A stretch of DNA of 64,000 bases from Cyanophyceae cyanobacterium (lineage in GTDB: Bacteria; Cyanobacteriota; Cyanobacteriia; Cyanobacteriales; Laspinemataceae), in assembly GCA_038321985.1 (NCBI GenBank), contig JBBQFN010000002.1:96001-160000 (forward strand). The letters are read 5' to 3'. The notes under the pieces were generated by a model. That model worked only from the letters and a program-made list of their open reading frames with translations, made no database searches and was not told the DNA's origin. Position 1 is the first letter of the stretch, and every line of letters starts with the position of its first letter. Shown here piece after piece: positions 54,101-64,000 of the stretch. Position numbers and translations under genes: made by a program.

Positions 54101-54687
54101 TAAACAATCCGAGTGGAGAAGTCAAAAGCCTGAGCTTTAGTTTTGATGGCAAACAAATTGCCCTCGCTAATGGACCCGGACTTTTAAAAATTTGGAACCT
54201 TTCCACGAACCAGGTCGATACAATTCCCTTCCCCTATGGTCAAATTAGTAGCATTAGCTTTAGTCCGGACGATGACCGTCTGGCGATCGCCTCTGCCGAT
54301 GGCAAAATTCGCTTATGGAATCTATCCGGTGAAGAACTGGATAAATTTAACAGCGATACTCCCTGGGTCACTGCCATGAGCTTTAGTCCTAATGGACAAC
54401 TGTTAGCCACCGCAGGAACCGATGGTACAGTTACGGTTTTTCTACTGACCGGTCAACTTTCAAAACAAGTTTTGGCGAAATTTAAAGCCGATGAAACTGA
54501 TGTTTTGAGCATGACCTTTCTCTCGGAGGGTCAAGGACTGGTAACGGTGGGAACGGACAATACATTGCGGTGGTGGCGCATCAAAGAATTAGATGAATTG
54601 CTCGAAACCGGATGTCACTGGCTTACGGATTATTTAAAAGCGCATCCCCAAGCCCAAGCGGACCTGCCCATTTGCCAACAGCCCTAA
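51151..54687 (+). CDS. AAA_35 NTPase - coiled coil - TM - WD40 repeat protein
   Basis: [47 protein letters not shown], over 12 SFSPxG...W repeats. Confidence 0.92.
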   Translation: MNKKLTSMYYQVGGSLPPNSPTYVVRKADHELYENLKAGEFCYVLTSRQMGKSSLQLRTMQTLQAEGYACAAIDLSAIGNKDVTPVQWYSGIIHTLVSYFNLFSRLEFRTWLRDRDELSPVQCLHEFIDSVLLVRMSENIVIFIDEIDSVLGLNFPIDDFFAAIRACYNKRAQNPEYKRLTFVLLGVATPTELIQDKSRTPFNIGRAIQIEGFKIQEAQPLAEGLEQGCDRPGVVLKEILNWTNGQPFLTQKLCQLVLATESPIERGMEAERVEQLAQSQIVDNWESQDEPPHLKTLRDRLLRNEQRASRLLGLYQQVLLCVQLPADNSPEQLELQLSGLTLKRYSKLTVYNPIYALVFNEQWVEQALADLRPYAEALSAWVVSDCQDESRLLRGQALRDAQQWATTHSLSDRDYQFLAASQEVEKREVQKALEAEKKAIQLLAEANQKQVEANQILTQAQQKANRMLKRAYWSIMGLVALATIIVCRGTIALKEAQKGTLIERQGANALKWFESEGVELEALLLAMQAGQDLKALVKGDRRLTHYPTISPLYALQTILHQIHEKNQLRGHQGAVRTVSFSPNGEFLATGGEEGRVQLWNRSGVYIRTIELHKSPIDSVSFSSDGARIATASEDGTVQILQRNGTRIGAISAETGAIDRVSFSPEGDRLATASETGTVRVWNQQGKLLNEIGSANRTINTVSFSPNGEHFATAEVQGTVRIWNLNGKLKATLTIPSNPRQEFSSTPDAQPSVNSMSFSPNGELLATAGFDGTVRIWNLSGQELSEFNTAQSAINSMSFHPNGSEIAIVGFDGKVRLWTLEGVLLEQFKGDRHDRITSMTFSPDGERLVTGGVDGTVRLWDISRPQNEPFQLPQNQSDRPLPKKETPETSNSPQMMARSTKIPLENQFLRIGFSPDGERFATAQTNGTVQIWTSSGQAVSPPFQAHQSRISTLSFSPDGQSLATAGEDGSVRLWNRSGEPLQPKLNNPSGEVKSLSFSFDGKQIALANGPGLLKIWNLSTNQVDTIPFPYGQISSISFSPDDDRLAIASADGKIRLWNLSGEELDKFNSDTPWVTAMSFSPNGQLLATAGTDGTVTVFLLTGQLSKQVLAKFKADETDVLSMTFLSEGQGLVTVGTDNTLRWWRIKELDELLETGCHWLTDYLKAHPQAQADLPICQQP

Positions 54688-54896
54688 ATGTTACTAAAAA
54701 TTGAAGTCCCGTCGGTCTAATATTTGTCCCGATTTTAATTGAGGAATTGTTATGTTAGTTTGGCAGATTTTCAAAATCAACCCCCGATGTCGCAGTGATT
54801 GATTTTTAACTCAAAATCCCACCTTTTAGCAAATTCCCATTCTCAGCGTTGCTCACGCGACTGAACCTTTTTTATACGACACCCAAGGAAATTACC

Positions 54897-56108
54897 ATGA
54901 TCTCAAATTTAACCTTATCTCCCCTGAATCCTCTCACTAAAGCCCCCCTTCGCGAAGTCCTTTCCCCCCGTTATGTTCCCAACCCAACTCCTGTGGAAGT
55001 CCCCAGAACCCTCCCCAAAGAGGCAGTCACATCTCACCTTACCTGGCCTGCGGATACAGAATTGCTGGGGTTAGTCTTTGAAGTGACTCCTCGTGCAGCG
55101 GATTATCTGTACGCGCAGTACACTATTGGATTGCACGCCTGGTTTTTAGATCAAGTGCGACAAGCTGACCCGGAACTGTCCGCCTATTTACATGATGTCC
55201 AAAACGAAAAACCCTTTACCCTATCCGGTTTAGAAGGTAAATTAGTCTCCTGCGGAAAAGATTTTCAACTGCAACCGGGGGAAACTTATCGCTGGTATGT
55301 GACCGCACTTTCTAAACCTGTTGTCCAGTTTTTGCAAGGGTGGGTAAAGCAGTTACCAGAGACGATCGCCTTGCGGAAAGCCCCTTTAGAAATTCGTTCT
55401 TGTAAAATTTCTATTTTGCCGACCACTTATCGGCAATTATTTGCCTCCCAAGAACCCACTTCCCCCACCCTGCAACTCAGCTTTATGACTCCGACCAGTT
55501 TTCGGCGGAAAAAGCATCATTTTCCCCTGCCAGTTCCGGCTAATGTCTTTCACAGTTATTTGCGCCGGTGGAATGATTTTTCAGGCATGAATATCGATCG
55601 CGACCTATTTTTGAAATGGGTCGAGGAATCGGTGTTAATTCACCGTCACGAATTACAGTCGGCAAAAGTGGCCGCCGGTAAAAAGGGCATGGTCACCGGA
55701 TTTACCGGATTAGTGGAATTTGGATTATCTAGACAGTCGGGAGAAGTTCCGGAATTCGAGCGTTTATTCTATTCTTTGGGACAATTTGCCCCCTATTGTG
55801 GAACGGGACATAAAACTACCTTTGGATTAGGCCAAACCCGATTAGGGTGGTCTGTTGAAGAAGCTATTCCCATTCCTTCTATCCACAGTATGTTAGCCGA
55901 ACGAATTGGGGAATTAACAGAATTATTCATCGGCCAACGCAAGCGCAAAGGGGGCGATCGCGCTCGTGAAATTGCCGAAACCTGGGCCACTATCCTAGCC
56001 CGTCGTGAATTAGGGGAATCCTTACAGGCGATCTCCTCAGATTTACAAATGCCCTATCAAACGGTCAAAACTTATGCTAAATTAGCTCGCCGAGCTTTAA
56101 AGGTTTAG
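54897..56108 (+). CDS. cas6: CRISPR pre-crRNA endoribonuclease Cas6 with a C-terminal HTH extension
   Basis: KPFTLS, FMTPTSFR, GFTG, G-rich loop YCGTGHKTTFGLG; C-terminal ESLQAISSDLQMPYQTVKTY. Confidence 0.92.
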   Translation: MISNLTLSPLNPLTKAPLREVLSPRYVPNPTPVEVPRTLPKEAVTSHLTWPADTELLGLVFEVTPRAADYLYAQYTIGLHAWFLDQVRQADPELSAYLHDVQNEKPFTLSGLEGKLVSCGKDFQLQPGETYRWYVTALSKPVVQFLQGWVKQLPETIALRKAPLEIRSCKISILPTTYRQLFASQEPTSPTLQLSFMTPTSFRRKKHHFPLPVPANVFHSYLRRWNDFSGMNIDRDLFLKWVEESVLIHRHELQSAKVAAGKKGMVTGFTGLVEFGLSRQSGEVPEFERLFYSLGQFAPYCGTGHKTTFGLGQTRLGWSVEEAIPIPSIHSMLAERIGELTELFIGQRKRKGGDRAREIAETWATILARRELGESLQAISSDLQMPYQTVKTYAKLARRALKV

Positions 56109-56136
56109 CAAAATCTGATGTTTTGTCGTCAACTTT

Positions 56137-56165
56137 GTAGGGGCAGATCACTACTCTGCCCCTAC
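56137..56165. repeat. REP-like hairpin or terminator after cas6
   Basis: GTAGGGGCAGA-TCACTAC-TCTGCCCCTAC, a perfect 11-bp stem. Confidence 0.7.
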
Positions 56166-56370
56166 TCCCTATCCCTAACTATCGGCACCGATTTTATAAA
56201 AATTTCTGGATTGATTTCTGGTCATTCCCTAACCCATTTTCCCCAGCCAGATCCCTTTGTTCCCGGATTTATACTCCGGGAATATTTTGGGGTCAATTTT
56301 TATTTTCATTCATTTTGATATGGATTTCCCATAAAATCATGTTAAAATCGCCCCATATTTAGGTACAAAA

Positions 56371-56754
56371 GTGGAATTTCGAGATTATACCGCCCCTCAA
56401 TATCAAGCCGAAGTTGAACAGCAATGGCGGAGATTGAAAATGGGAATGCAGGTTCAAGAAAAATCCCTTCAAGTAATGAAAGAAGTGCTAAACGGCGCTC
56501 AAAGCCAAAGACGCGATCGCCGTTTGGAAAATGCGATCGCCAGTGCAGCGATCGCGATCGGCACCACCACCTCATCAGTCATTTCTATAACGCAGGCGAT
56601 CGCCCGCCTTCCGAAATTTGACTCCCCGAGTGAATTCTATCTCACTCAGCTCGGAGTGAATTATGGGGGGGTCTTTTTAGTCAGTATTCTGCTGGGAATT
56701 CTGTTGGGAGGAGTCTGTTGGGTGGGATTAAATCGCTGGCGATCGCCCAGTTGA
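56371..56754 (+). pseudogene. C-terminal fragment of a coiled-coil plus 2-TM membrane protein
   Basis: GTG start without an obvious RBS; QRRDRRLENAIASAAIAIG followed by a TM pair, like the tail of a longer protein. Confidence 0.45.
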
Positions 56755-57208
56755 GACTCATCCTAAATTTACCCTGCTTCATTTCTCAATCCATAGATTC
56801 AAAATACATCTATCTACAGGAGGAGGTGAAAGGCTGCCGTCGCCAAATACGACCCACGTAACTCGGCTAATATGGTAGCCCCCGTTACTCAATCCCCTCC
56901 CTCAATTGTCGGGACTCTGAGGCGATCGCCCCCATGCCAGCACCGGAATTCCTAGAGGGAGTCCAGAAAAAACCCGGTGACTATTTTAATTATTCCAGTA
57001 AAGGTTATCTCGTCGCTCAAAATCCTCCTAAAGAGGATTGCAACTCCTCCTATCATCTCTTACTCTAAAGCAAGACTAAGTTGGTTTTCAGCAGGTAGAT
57101 TCCCAAGCGTTCAAATTTTTCCCTTGGTGTGTCAACCTGAACCTGAAAGGGTTCTAGCTCAATTAACAAGCAACCGTAATTTAGTAGTAAATCTCAACAA
57201 AAAATATC

Positions 57209-58129
57209 ATGCAAGCTGTGAATCTCTCTAAAATAGTTTTGGCAAGTGCCTGTACTTTAAGTATAGTTAGCGTGCCTTTATTAAATCTCCCCGGTTTGGC
57301 TCAAACCTCACCTGATGGTATGGGGACGACTTCCCCCAGTGCGCCTGCTGGAACCAACCCAGGCGGAAGCACCGATTTTGAGACGACTGACCCTTATACC
57401 ACTGACCCCGAGGGAGTGACTACGCCAGGAACGACTGATCCAGGCGGAACCACAGATTTTGAGACGACGGATCCTTATTCCACCGAACCGGATGGCACCC
57501 CCACTCCCGGCATGGTCGATCCTTATACAACTCAACCGGGTGGCACCTCAAATCCGGATATGAGTGACCCTACCCTGACTCCCGGGACAACGCCGGGTAC
57601 AAGCCCCGACACCACGAGTCCGAGTCTGAGTGATCCCACCCTAACTCCCGACACCACGAGTCCGAGTCTGAGTGATCCCACCCTAACTCCCGACACCACG
57701 AGTCCCGACACTACGAGTCCGAGTCTGAGTGATCCCACCCTAACTCCCGACACCACGAGTCCCGACACTACGAGTCCGAGTCTAAATGATCCCACCCTCA
57801 CTCCCGGTACTACGACTCCAGGTACTACCAGTCCAGGCACGACTCCCAGTACAACCGATCCGGGAATGCTTATACTACCTGCGCCAACGACAAACCCAGG
57901 GACGCGAACCACTCCAAATACTACAACGACCCCAGATAGAAGTACCATTATCGAACGCACCAACACAGAAACAACGACCCCAACAACGACCCGTTCCGCA
58001 ACCCAAGCTGTTCGCACCCGCGAGCGCAATCGGAACTTGGGATTACTCGGGTTGCCGGGACTTGTAGGTTTAGCGGGTCTGGCGAATGCATGGCGGCGTA
58101 ACCGCAAACAACCTGTTGCCTACCGTTAA
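57209..58129 (+). CDS. Secreted Thr/Pro/Asp repeat protein with a WGxxGxxG-like C-terminal anchor
   Basis: Signal peptide, low-complexity repeats, NLGLLGLPGLVGLAGL followed by a basic tail. Confidence 0.8.
   Translation: MQAVNLSKIVLASACTLSIVSVPLLNLPGLAQTSPDGMGTTSPSAPAGTNPGGSTDFETTDPYTTDPEGVTTPGTTDPGGTTDFETTDPYSTEPDGTPTPGMVDPYTTQPGGTSNPDMSDPTLTPGTTPGTSPDTTSPSLSDPTLTPDTTSPSLSDPTLTPDTTSPDTTSPSLSDPTLTPDTTSPDTTSPSLNDPTLTPGTTTPGTTSPGTTPSTTDPGMLILPAPTTNPGTRTTPNTTTTPDRSTIIERTNTETTTPTTTRSATQAVRTRERNRNLGLLGLPGLVGLAGLANAWRRNRKQPVAYR
57604..57806 (+). repeat. Intragenic tandem repeat (42-57 bp units, PDTTSPSLSDPTLT)
   Basis: Near-identical CCCGACACCACGAGTCCGAGTCTGAGTGATCCCACCCTAACT units. Confidence 0.85.
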
Positions 58130-58179
58130 ACCGCACTAGAGATTTCGGTAGAGTGCAACGGTTTGTGAGAAAAACAGAA

Positions 58180-58263
58180 GAAACGACTGCAAGTCGTCAC
58201 TCCGAACAGAAGAGAGAGCTTAAATCTTTTCTTTTGTTTATAGTAACGACTTGCTGTCGTTTC
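58180..58263. repeat. Inverted pair of REP-like AACGACT/AGTCGTT palindromes
   Basis: GAAACGACTGCAAGTCGTCACTCCGAAC and GTTTATAGTAACGACTTGCTGTCGTTTC. Confidence 0.7.
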
Positions 58264-58289
58264 GCCGATCGCCTTCCATTCAATAATCC

Positions 58290-60869
58290 TTAATTCAAAT
58301 TTAAGGGATCGACATCGATCGCCAAACTAATCTCTCGGGGACAGCGCGATCGCAACTCCTCTAACATCGGCAGTTCAACTCGCACGTTAGAGGGAAACTT
58401 GAGTAAAATCTGCCAACGATAGCGATCGGCAACTCGCAAAATCGGTGCCGGGGCCGGTCCCAACAACTCATACCCTCGGGTGAGATAGGCATCCTGTCCC
58501 CCCAGTACCTGAGCTAAATCGACCGCGGTATCCTCCACCGTCCAATCATCCCTCCCAGAAATTCTTAATAAAACCAATCGTCCATAAGGGGGATAACTCA
58601 ACGCTTCTCGCTGTTCCAATTCCTGCTGCACAAACGACTCATATTCCTGATTTCGCACAGCCTGAATCACCGGATGTTCTGGGGAATAGGTTTGTAAAAT
58701 TGCCCGTCCCGGTTCATCTCCTCGACCTCCCCGACCCGCAACCTGGGTTAACATTTGAAAAGCTCGTTCTGATGCTCTAAAATCAGCTAAATTTAATAAT
58801 CCATCCGCTGCCACCACCCCCACTAAAGTTACTTGGGGTAAATCCAACCCTTTTGTCAGCATTTGGGTTCCCAATAAAATATCCGCATCCCCATTCGCAA
58901 ACTGAGATAGTAATATCCGATGCGCATCTTTAGTGCGGGTGGTATCGCTATCAAATCTAATCACGCGCAACTCGGGTAACTGCTTCGTTAACTCCTGCAT
59001 GACACGCTGGGTGCCACTGCCGAAGTGCCGAAAATAAGGGGAATCACATTCGGGACAACGTTCTAGAGGACCTCGGGTATAACCGCAATAATGACAGCGC
59101 AGAAACTCGGTTCCGCCTTCATGCACTTGGTGATAGGACAGGGAAACATCGCAGTGTGGACATTCCATCACATACCCGCAACTGCGACAAGAGACAAAGG
59201 TACTATGTCCACGACGATGGATAAATAAGATTCCCTGTCGTCCCATTTCTCTGAGGGTACTTAACTCTTGCTGGAGGGATTCGCTAAACAAGGAAAGGTT
59301 ACCTTTGCGTAACTCCTGGCGCATATCCACGATTTCCACCCTGGGCATGGGTCGAGACTCGATGCGTTCGGGTAAGCGCAAATAATGGGTGGGTTCCGTC
59401 TCTATGGGATTTATGGCAATATCTATCCAGGTTTCTAAGGAGGGAGTGGCAGAACCGAGAATGAGGGGACAGTTGGATAATTCGGCCCGCCATTGGGCGA
59501 CAGTGCGGGCGTGATAGGTGGGGGCGGGTTGGTCTTGTTTGTAGCTGTCGTCGTATTCTTCATCTAAAATAATCATCCCCAAGTTAGGTAAGGGGGCGAA
59601 AATGGCCGATCGCGTTCCGATCGCAATTTGAGGGGTGTCTGTGAGCATTTGTCGCCAAGTGTCGTACCGTTCACCCTCGGATAGCGCACTGTGATATACG
59701 ACCACTTTATCCCCAAATCTAGCTTGGAAGCGATCGCACAGTTGAGGCGTCAGTCCAATTTCCGGAACCAGCACAATCGCCGATTTTCCTTGTGCTAATA
59801 TCGGGGCGATCGCCTGTAAATATACTTCGGTTTTTCCGGAACCTGTTACCCCATGCAGTAATACTCGCGCATATCCGTCTATCTGATTAATCGCTTCTAA
59901 TGCCTGTTGCTGATAACGGTTCAAAATTTTTGGCGAGTCAGGAGTTTGGGTGGGTTGCGCCCGAGATCGCAATGCTTCGCGATCGTAGATTTCCACGCAC
60001 CCTTTTTCCGCCAGCTTTTTCACCACACCCGAACTTGTCTGACAAATTTTTAGCAACTCTGCCATCCATAATTCCCCACCCCGTCGCCTGAGCACTTGTA
60101 GCACTTCCCGCTGTCGTTTGCTCAAATCTGGGGGGAAAGATGCGTCTATTAGGGTAACTGCTTGTTGGAGTTTCGGCGCAGGGCGATCACCTGCTTCATA
60201 GTAACTTTCCACCCACCCGCGTTTTTTTAGCTCCTTTAAGCCCGAATCTGCTCCGGGTTTAACTTTACTGCGAATATATTGTAAAGTATAATTCCCCGTG
60301 CCGGACCCTTGTAGAAGTTCTAGGATTTTTTGTGCTGCTATGGTTTTGAGGAATTGACGCCCACCCGCAGGAATCTTATCCGTTATGCGAATTCGGTGTT
60401 GCGATCGCGCAAAAAGCCCCGGAGGCATCCCCGCCCGAATTACTCGCACTAAGGGAGTATAATAATAATCCGCCACTCGTTCCAGCAGTCGCCAATAGTC
60501 TGGGGCAAAAAACCCAGAAACCACTACATCTTCGATATCTTTAACTTTATCCCGGGATAAATCTCTTGGCAATTGGTCCGTAAACCGAATCGCGATCGCC
60601 CCTAGCTGTTGCGATCCAAACGGCACACTTAGGATATCTCCCGGTTGTACCCTTAACCCCGGTGGCACTCGATAGGTAAATAATTTGAGGGGTTCTTCCT
60701 CCAGAGGAGTTTCAGAAGCGGGAGAATCTACTAATACCTCGATCCACTGCCCTTGCGGTTCTGCATTTGCCCCTGGCGTCTCCTTGATCGCATCATAATC
60801 TCCCCCCGGTTCCGCAACCAGGCGGGCGATCGGCGATAAATCAGACAAGGGGATCTCGTATTGCATCAT
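58290..60869 (-). CDS. priA: Primosomal protein N'
   Basis: HGVTGSGKTEVY, VPEIGLTPQ, LGSATPSLE, Cys-rich region, GTQMLTKGLD. Confidence 0.98.
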   Translation of the reverse strand: MMQYEIPLSDLSPIARLVAEPGGDYDAIKETPGANAEPQGQWIEVLVDSPASETPLEEEPLKLFTYRVPPGLRVQPGDILSVPFGSQQLGAIAIRFTDQLPRDLSRDKVKDIEDVVVSGFFAPDYWRLLERVADYYYTPLVRVIRAGMPPGLFARSQHRIRITDKIPAGGRQFLKTIAAQKILELLQGSGTGNYTLQYIRSKVKPGADSGLKELKKRGWVESYYEAGDRPAPKLQQAVTLIDASFPPDLSKRQREVLQVLRRRGGELWMAELLKICQTSSGVVKKLAEKGCVEIYDREALRSRAQPTQTPDSPKILNRYQQQALEAINQIDGYARVLLHGVTGSGKTEVYLQAIAPILAQGKSAIVLVPEIGLTPQLCDRFQARFGDKVVVYHSALSEGERYDTWRQMLTDTPQIAIGTRSAIFAPLPNLGMIILDEEYDDSYKQDQPAPTYHARTVAQWRAELSNCPLILGSATPSLETWIDIAINPIETEPTHYLRLPERIESRPMPRVEIVDMRQELRKGNLSLFSESLQQELSTLREMGRQGILFIHRRGHSTFVSCRSCGYVMECPHCDVSLSYHQVHEGGTEFLRCHYCGYTRGPLERCPECDSPYFRHFGSGTQRVMQELTKQLPELRVIRFDSDTTRTKDAHRILLSQFANGDADILLGTQMLTKGLDLPQVTLVGVVAADGLLNLADFRASERAFQMLTQVAGRGGRGDEPGRAILQTYSPEHPVIQAVRNQEYESFVQQELEQREALSYPPYGRLVLLRISGRDDWTVEDTAVDLAQVLGGQDAYLTRGYELLGPAPAPILRVADRYRWQILLKFPSNVRVELPMLEELRSRCPREISLAIDVDPLNLN

Positions 60870-61097
60870 CGAATCACACCAGTTATGCTACCCGATTGTA
60901 ACGGTTCTTGAGAAAGAAGCCCAGCCGCTTCATCAAATTGTATGATGATAAACACCCCGGGGTCTATTGAAAAGTAGAATCCCTTTTCCCTTTGAACCCT
61001 GCTCTGTTGTATTTTAAATCATGGATGAACAAGCCCGCTTAAGTTTTAATCGCCTAATCCTATCGCTTCAATTGAGTCTCTTTTTTGCCGGATAATA

Positions 61098-61613
61098 ATG
61101 CCAGATTCTGTGATTATTGGGACGATAAATTATACGCAACTCCGCGACTTTTTAAACGCGGGTGAATGGGAACATAGCGATCGCGAAACTGGGCGGATTA
61201 TGTTAGAAATTGCCCAAACTCTCCGAGGTGGAAATTCCCTATCCAAGGCTGATGCTCAATGGCTGGCGCGCCTCGATTATCTCACAGAAGATGACAGCCA
61301 GGAATTTCCCGGTGCCGATCTTTGCCTCATCGATCGCCTGTGGATGGAATATAGCCGGGGTCACTTTGGATTCACAGTTCAGTCTCAGATTTGGCAGCAA
61401 CAGCAGCAAGATTATGGCAAGTTTGCGGAAGCAGTGGGATGGGCGATCGCCGGGGGGATGGGGTGGCGCAACTATTCGGACTTGATTTTTCATTTGAGAG
61501 CACCTGCCGGACATTTACCCGCACGGCCATTTTATACCGAGGAGGGGTTAGGGGTGGGATGGGCGCTCAATTTGGCATCCCGCTTGGATGAGTGTCAAGA
61601 GCCCGATTTTTGA
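61098..61613 (+). CDS. GUN4-domain protein
   Basis: YTQLRDFL, DRET, IDRLWMEYSRGHFGFTVQ, APAGHLP. Confidence 0.85.
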   Translation: MPDSVIIGTINYTQLRDFLNAGEWEHSDRETGRIMLEIAQTLRGGNSLSKADAQWLARLDYLTEDDSQEFPGADLCLIDRLWMEYSRGHFGFTVQSQIWQQQQQDYGKFAEAVGWAIAGGMGWRNYSDLIFHLRAPAGHLPARPFYTEEGLGVGWALNLASRLDECQEPDF

Positions 61614-61674
61614 GATGATCCTTTGATTTCCTCTTAGGGATATAATTATTATTCCAGAACGCTCTCCAGGGATT

Positions 61675-62172
61675 ATGGCCGAAAACTCCTCTGAAATTCT
61701 GATCCGTCCCGCAACCCCGGATGATGTGGCGGTACTGTTTGAGTTAATTCTTGCCCTCGCTGATTATGAACAGCTATCGGATGCTGTAACCGGCAATCCC
61801 CAGGCACTCCAGGACCATTTGTTTGGCGATCGCCCCTATGCGTCAGCATTAATTGCTGAATTCTCCAGTACGGTTGTGGGGTTTGCCTTATTTTTCTATA
61901 ATTATTCTACTTTTTTAACCAAGCCCGGTTTGTACTTAGAAGACCTGTTTGTGTTACCTGATTATCGCGGGCGAGGCATCGGCAAATCCCTGATTAGACA
62001 TCTGGCAAAATTAGCCGTCGATCGCGGTTGTGGACGGATGGAGTGGTCGGTATTGGATTGGAATCAACCCGCGATCGCCTTCTATCGTCACCTGGGGGCC
62101 GAAATTCTCCCCGACTGGCGCATCTGTCGCCTCACCGGAGAGGCCCTGGTTAAGAGCGGTTTACGGTCCTGA
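61675..62172 (+). CDS. GNAT N-acetyltransferase (SSAT-like)
   Basis: LADYE, LYLEDLFVLPDYRGRGIG, WSVLDWN. Confidence 0.92.
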   Translation: MAENSSEILIRPATPDDVAVLFELILALADYEQLSDAVTGNPQALQDHLFGDRPYASALIAEFSSTVVGFALFFYNYSTFLTKPGLYLEDLFVLPDYRGRGIGKSLIRHLAKLAVDRGCGRMEWSVLDWNQPAIAFYRHLGAEILPDWRICRLTGEALVKSGLRS

Positions 62173-62242
62173 TGGGTTAGACCCCCTACGAGGGAATACT
62201 CCCTATAATGATAATGGAAAATCAATTGAGGGGAGGGTTCGG

Positions 62243-63679
62243 ATGGATGAAATCATTGCAATTTTAGAGGATGACTCAGGGCGCATACAGGCAATGGAAC
62301 AGCGTCTCAAAGAGTCATTTCCTGACTACTCATCAATTTTTTTTAATAATGCCCCGGATATAATTACCTGGTTAAAAGGCCACCTACATGAGTGTATTCT
62401 GATCAGTCTGGACCATGATCTCGGCCCCAGTTGGGAACGTAACGGCCAACTTTTAGACCCGGGAATCGGTCGAGATGTGGTGGATTATTTAGTGACTCAA
62501 CTGCCACAATGTCCCGTGATTCTCCACACCTCTAATAGTGAGGCGGAAATTGGGATGGAAATGGCTCTTACTGATGCAAATTGGCAATGTGAACGGGTCA
62601 TCCCCTTCTACTCCCTGGAGTCCATTAACACATGGGATTGGGTTGATAAAGATTGGGCAAAGGCCCTGAAACGGTTAATAAAATACCGGGGTAAAAATAG
62701 CCCGAATCCTATGGGCGATCGCCTCAAAGATAAACCTCCTCAACGAGAACCTCATACGGCACCTTGTTCTCGGATGATTATTATCTTAGATGATACCCCG
62801 GATTCTGATAAATTAATGAGCGATCGTCTCGGTGAGGTATTCCCCGGTTGGTCCTCCGGCTTTTTCAAAAATTCCATAGAATTAATGGCCTGGTTGTCGC
62901 GCAATACCCCTCAATTTAGCCGCCTGAGTCGAGCCAAAAGTATTGTGGTTTTAGACAATAACAGAAAGCGAATTGACCTTATGCGTAGACACCTGGGAGA
63001 ATTATTTCCAGACGAATCTTTGTTGTTTTTTGATAATGCGCCTGAAATTTTATCTTGGCTAAAAATTCATTTAGAAAAATGCTTACTGATTAGCTTAGAT
63101 TATAATCTCGGTCCGAGTTGGACCCGAGAAGACCAACTTTTTGACCCAGGGACGGGGCGAGAAGTAGTAGATTATTTAGCCACACAGCCGCCCCAATGTC
63201 CCCTCATTTTTCATGCTTCTAATAAAGAAGCAGAAATTGGCATGGAAATGGGATTAATAGAGACGCGGTGGATTTTTGAACGGGTGATGACTTCTAAGGA
63301 TTTAAAATGGATCGAAACCGCCTGGTTGCCAATGGTTAAGTTACTCTTAAATCCAATTGCTCATACCCAACTGAATGAATCCGATATTCCCTCCACTCAT
63401 GCCCGATGGGAGTTATTTAATCATTTTGCTTTAACCTTCAATGGCTATGAATCCTGGGAGTCGGTGGAAAAATGCGTCGAAATAGGCGATCGCTGTGCCA
63501 AAGATTACCAAACAAAGCATATTCTTCCGCAGTCATTCCAGGAACTCCGCACCGCATTATTAATGGCTAGAAATCACTGGCGACGGTATAATGTGGAACC
63601 CGATGATGAAGGGATGAGTTACATTCAGGCGATCGCCCAACGTCTGCGTGACAAGGTTCGCGCCCAACATAGAGAGTGA
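62243..63679 (+). CDS. Tandem cyclic-phosphate-processing receiver-domain protein with an unknown C-terminal domain
   Basis: ILEDD...ISLDHDLG...HTSN, repeated as VLDNN...ISLDYNLG...HASN; GAGG RBS before ATG 62243. Confidence 0.75.
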   Translation: MDEIIAILEDDSGRIQAMEQRLKESFPDYSSIFFNNAPDIITWLKGHLHECILISLDHDLGPSWERNGQLLDPGIGRDVVDYLVTQLPQCPVILHTSNSEAEIGMEMALTDANWQCERVIPFYSLESINTWDWVDKDWAKALKRLIKYRGKNSPNPMGDRLKDKPPQREPHTAPCSRMIIILDDTPDSDKLMSDRLGEVFPGWSSGFFKNSIELMAWLSRNTPQFSRLSRAKSIVVLDNNRKRIDLMRRHLGELFPDESLLFFDNAPEILSWLKIHLEKCLLISLDYNLGPSWTREDQLFDPGTGREVVDYLATQPPQCPLIFHASNKEAEIGMEMGLIETRWIFERVMTSKDLKWIETAWLPMVKLLLNPIAHTQLNESDIPSTHARWELFNHFALTFNGYESWESVEKCVEIGDRCAKDYQTKHILPQSFQELRTALLMARNHWRRYNVEPDDEGMSYIQAIAQRLRDKVRAQHRE

Positions 63680-64000
63680 GTGGGAACCAGAAACCCTTGA
63701 AAATTTCGCCCAGCTAAAGAAATAATTAAGGCAATTTATAACCCAATTTAGCCCTGATTTGCAGTGTTCTTCCTCCCCTTTTTTGCCCCCTAAATAGAAT
63801 TTATTTAAAACCCTTTCTTTCACCTTTTAAAACTTACCCGGCAGTTTCAGCAACATCCCCTCTTCTCCCTACTCTAAATTTGAAGTGCTCTCGATGCTAT
63901 GATTTCCTCCCCCATTCCTGTTAAACCCCAGGAATGGTTCCCGAATCAAGGGTCCCGGGATGATTATCTCCTCACTTCCCTAAAATTTCCTAAAATGGGG

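Noticed and set aside
57604..57806. Direct repeats near cas6 as a CRISPR array
   Set aside because: In-frame coding tandem repeats with no unique spacers
60945..60975. Single CRISPR-repeat-like end (ATTGAAA after a short palindrome)
   Set aside because: Single copy with no array periodicity
62030..62242. N-terminal 71 aa of the 549-aa ORF
   Set aside because: Overlaps the GNAT gene out of frame; the RBS-supported ATG is at 62243

Overview
Chromosomal window from a filamentous cyanobacterium. Evidence: dense HIP1 GCGATCGC sites, psbO, psb28, glnB with an NtcA box, and KGK, DUF1822, GUN4 and AAA_35 families. An Oscillatoriales-like host is an inference. Most of it is housekeeping: dnaG, queA, rpmF (missed by the ORF track), glnB, rdgB, PGM, psbO, znuA/C/B with an SmtB-type repressor, aguAB, pepP, msrB, priA. 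No rRNA, tRNA, CRISPR array or transposase was seen. The most notable block is about 46.0-54.7 kb. A promoter- and terminator-bounded cluster of four small secreted proteins, two with curlin-like Q/G/N beta-repeats, is followed by an HTH-TIR-AAA_35 protein, a secreted Cys-containing protein and an AAA_35-TM-WD40 protein. An orphan Cas6-HTH fusion lies immediately downstream. Other points: a tandem cyclic-phosphate-processing receiver protein, a putative PD-(D/E)xK-like protein paired with DUF1822, and several decay events (mazF nonsense, cyanoglobin internal deletion, frameshifted N-terminal PAS of a hybrid kinase). All family calls come from motif recognition by eye, not from database searches.
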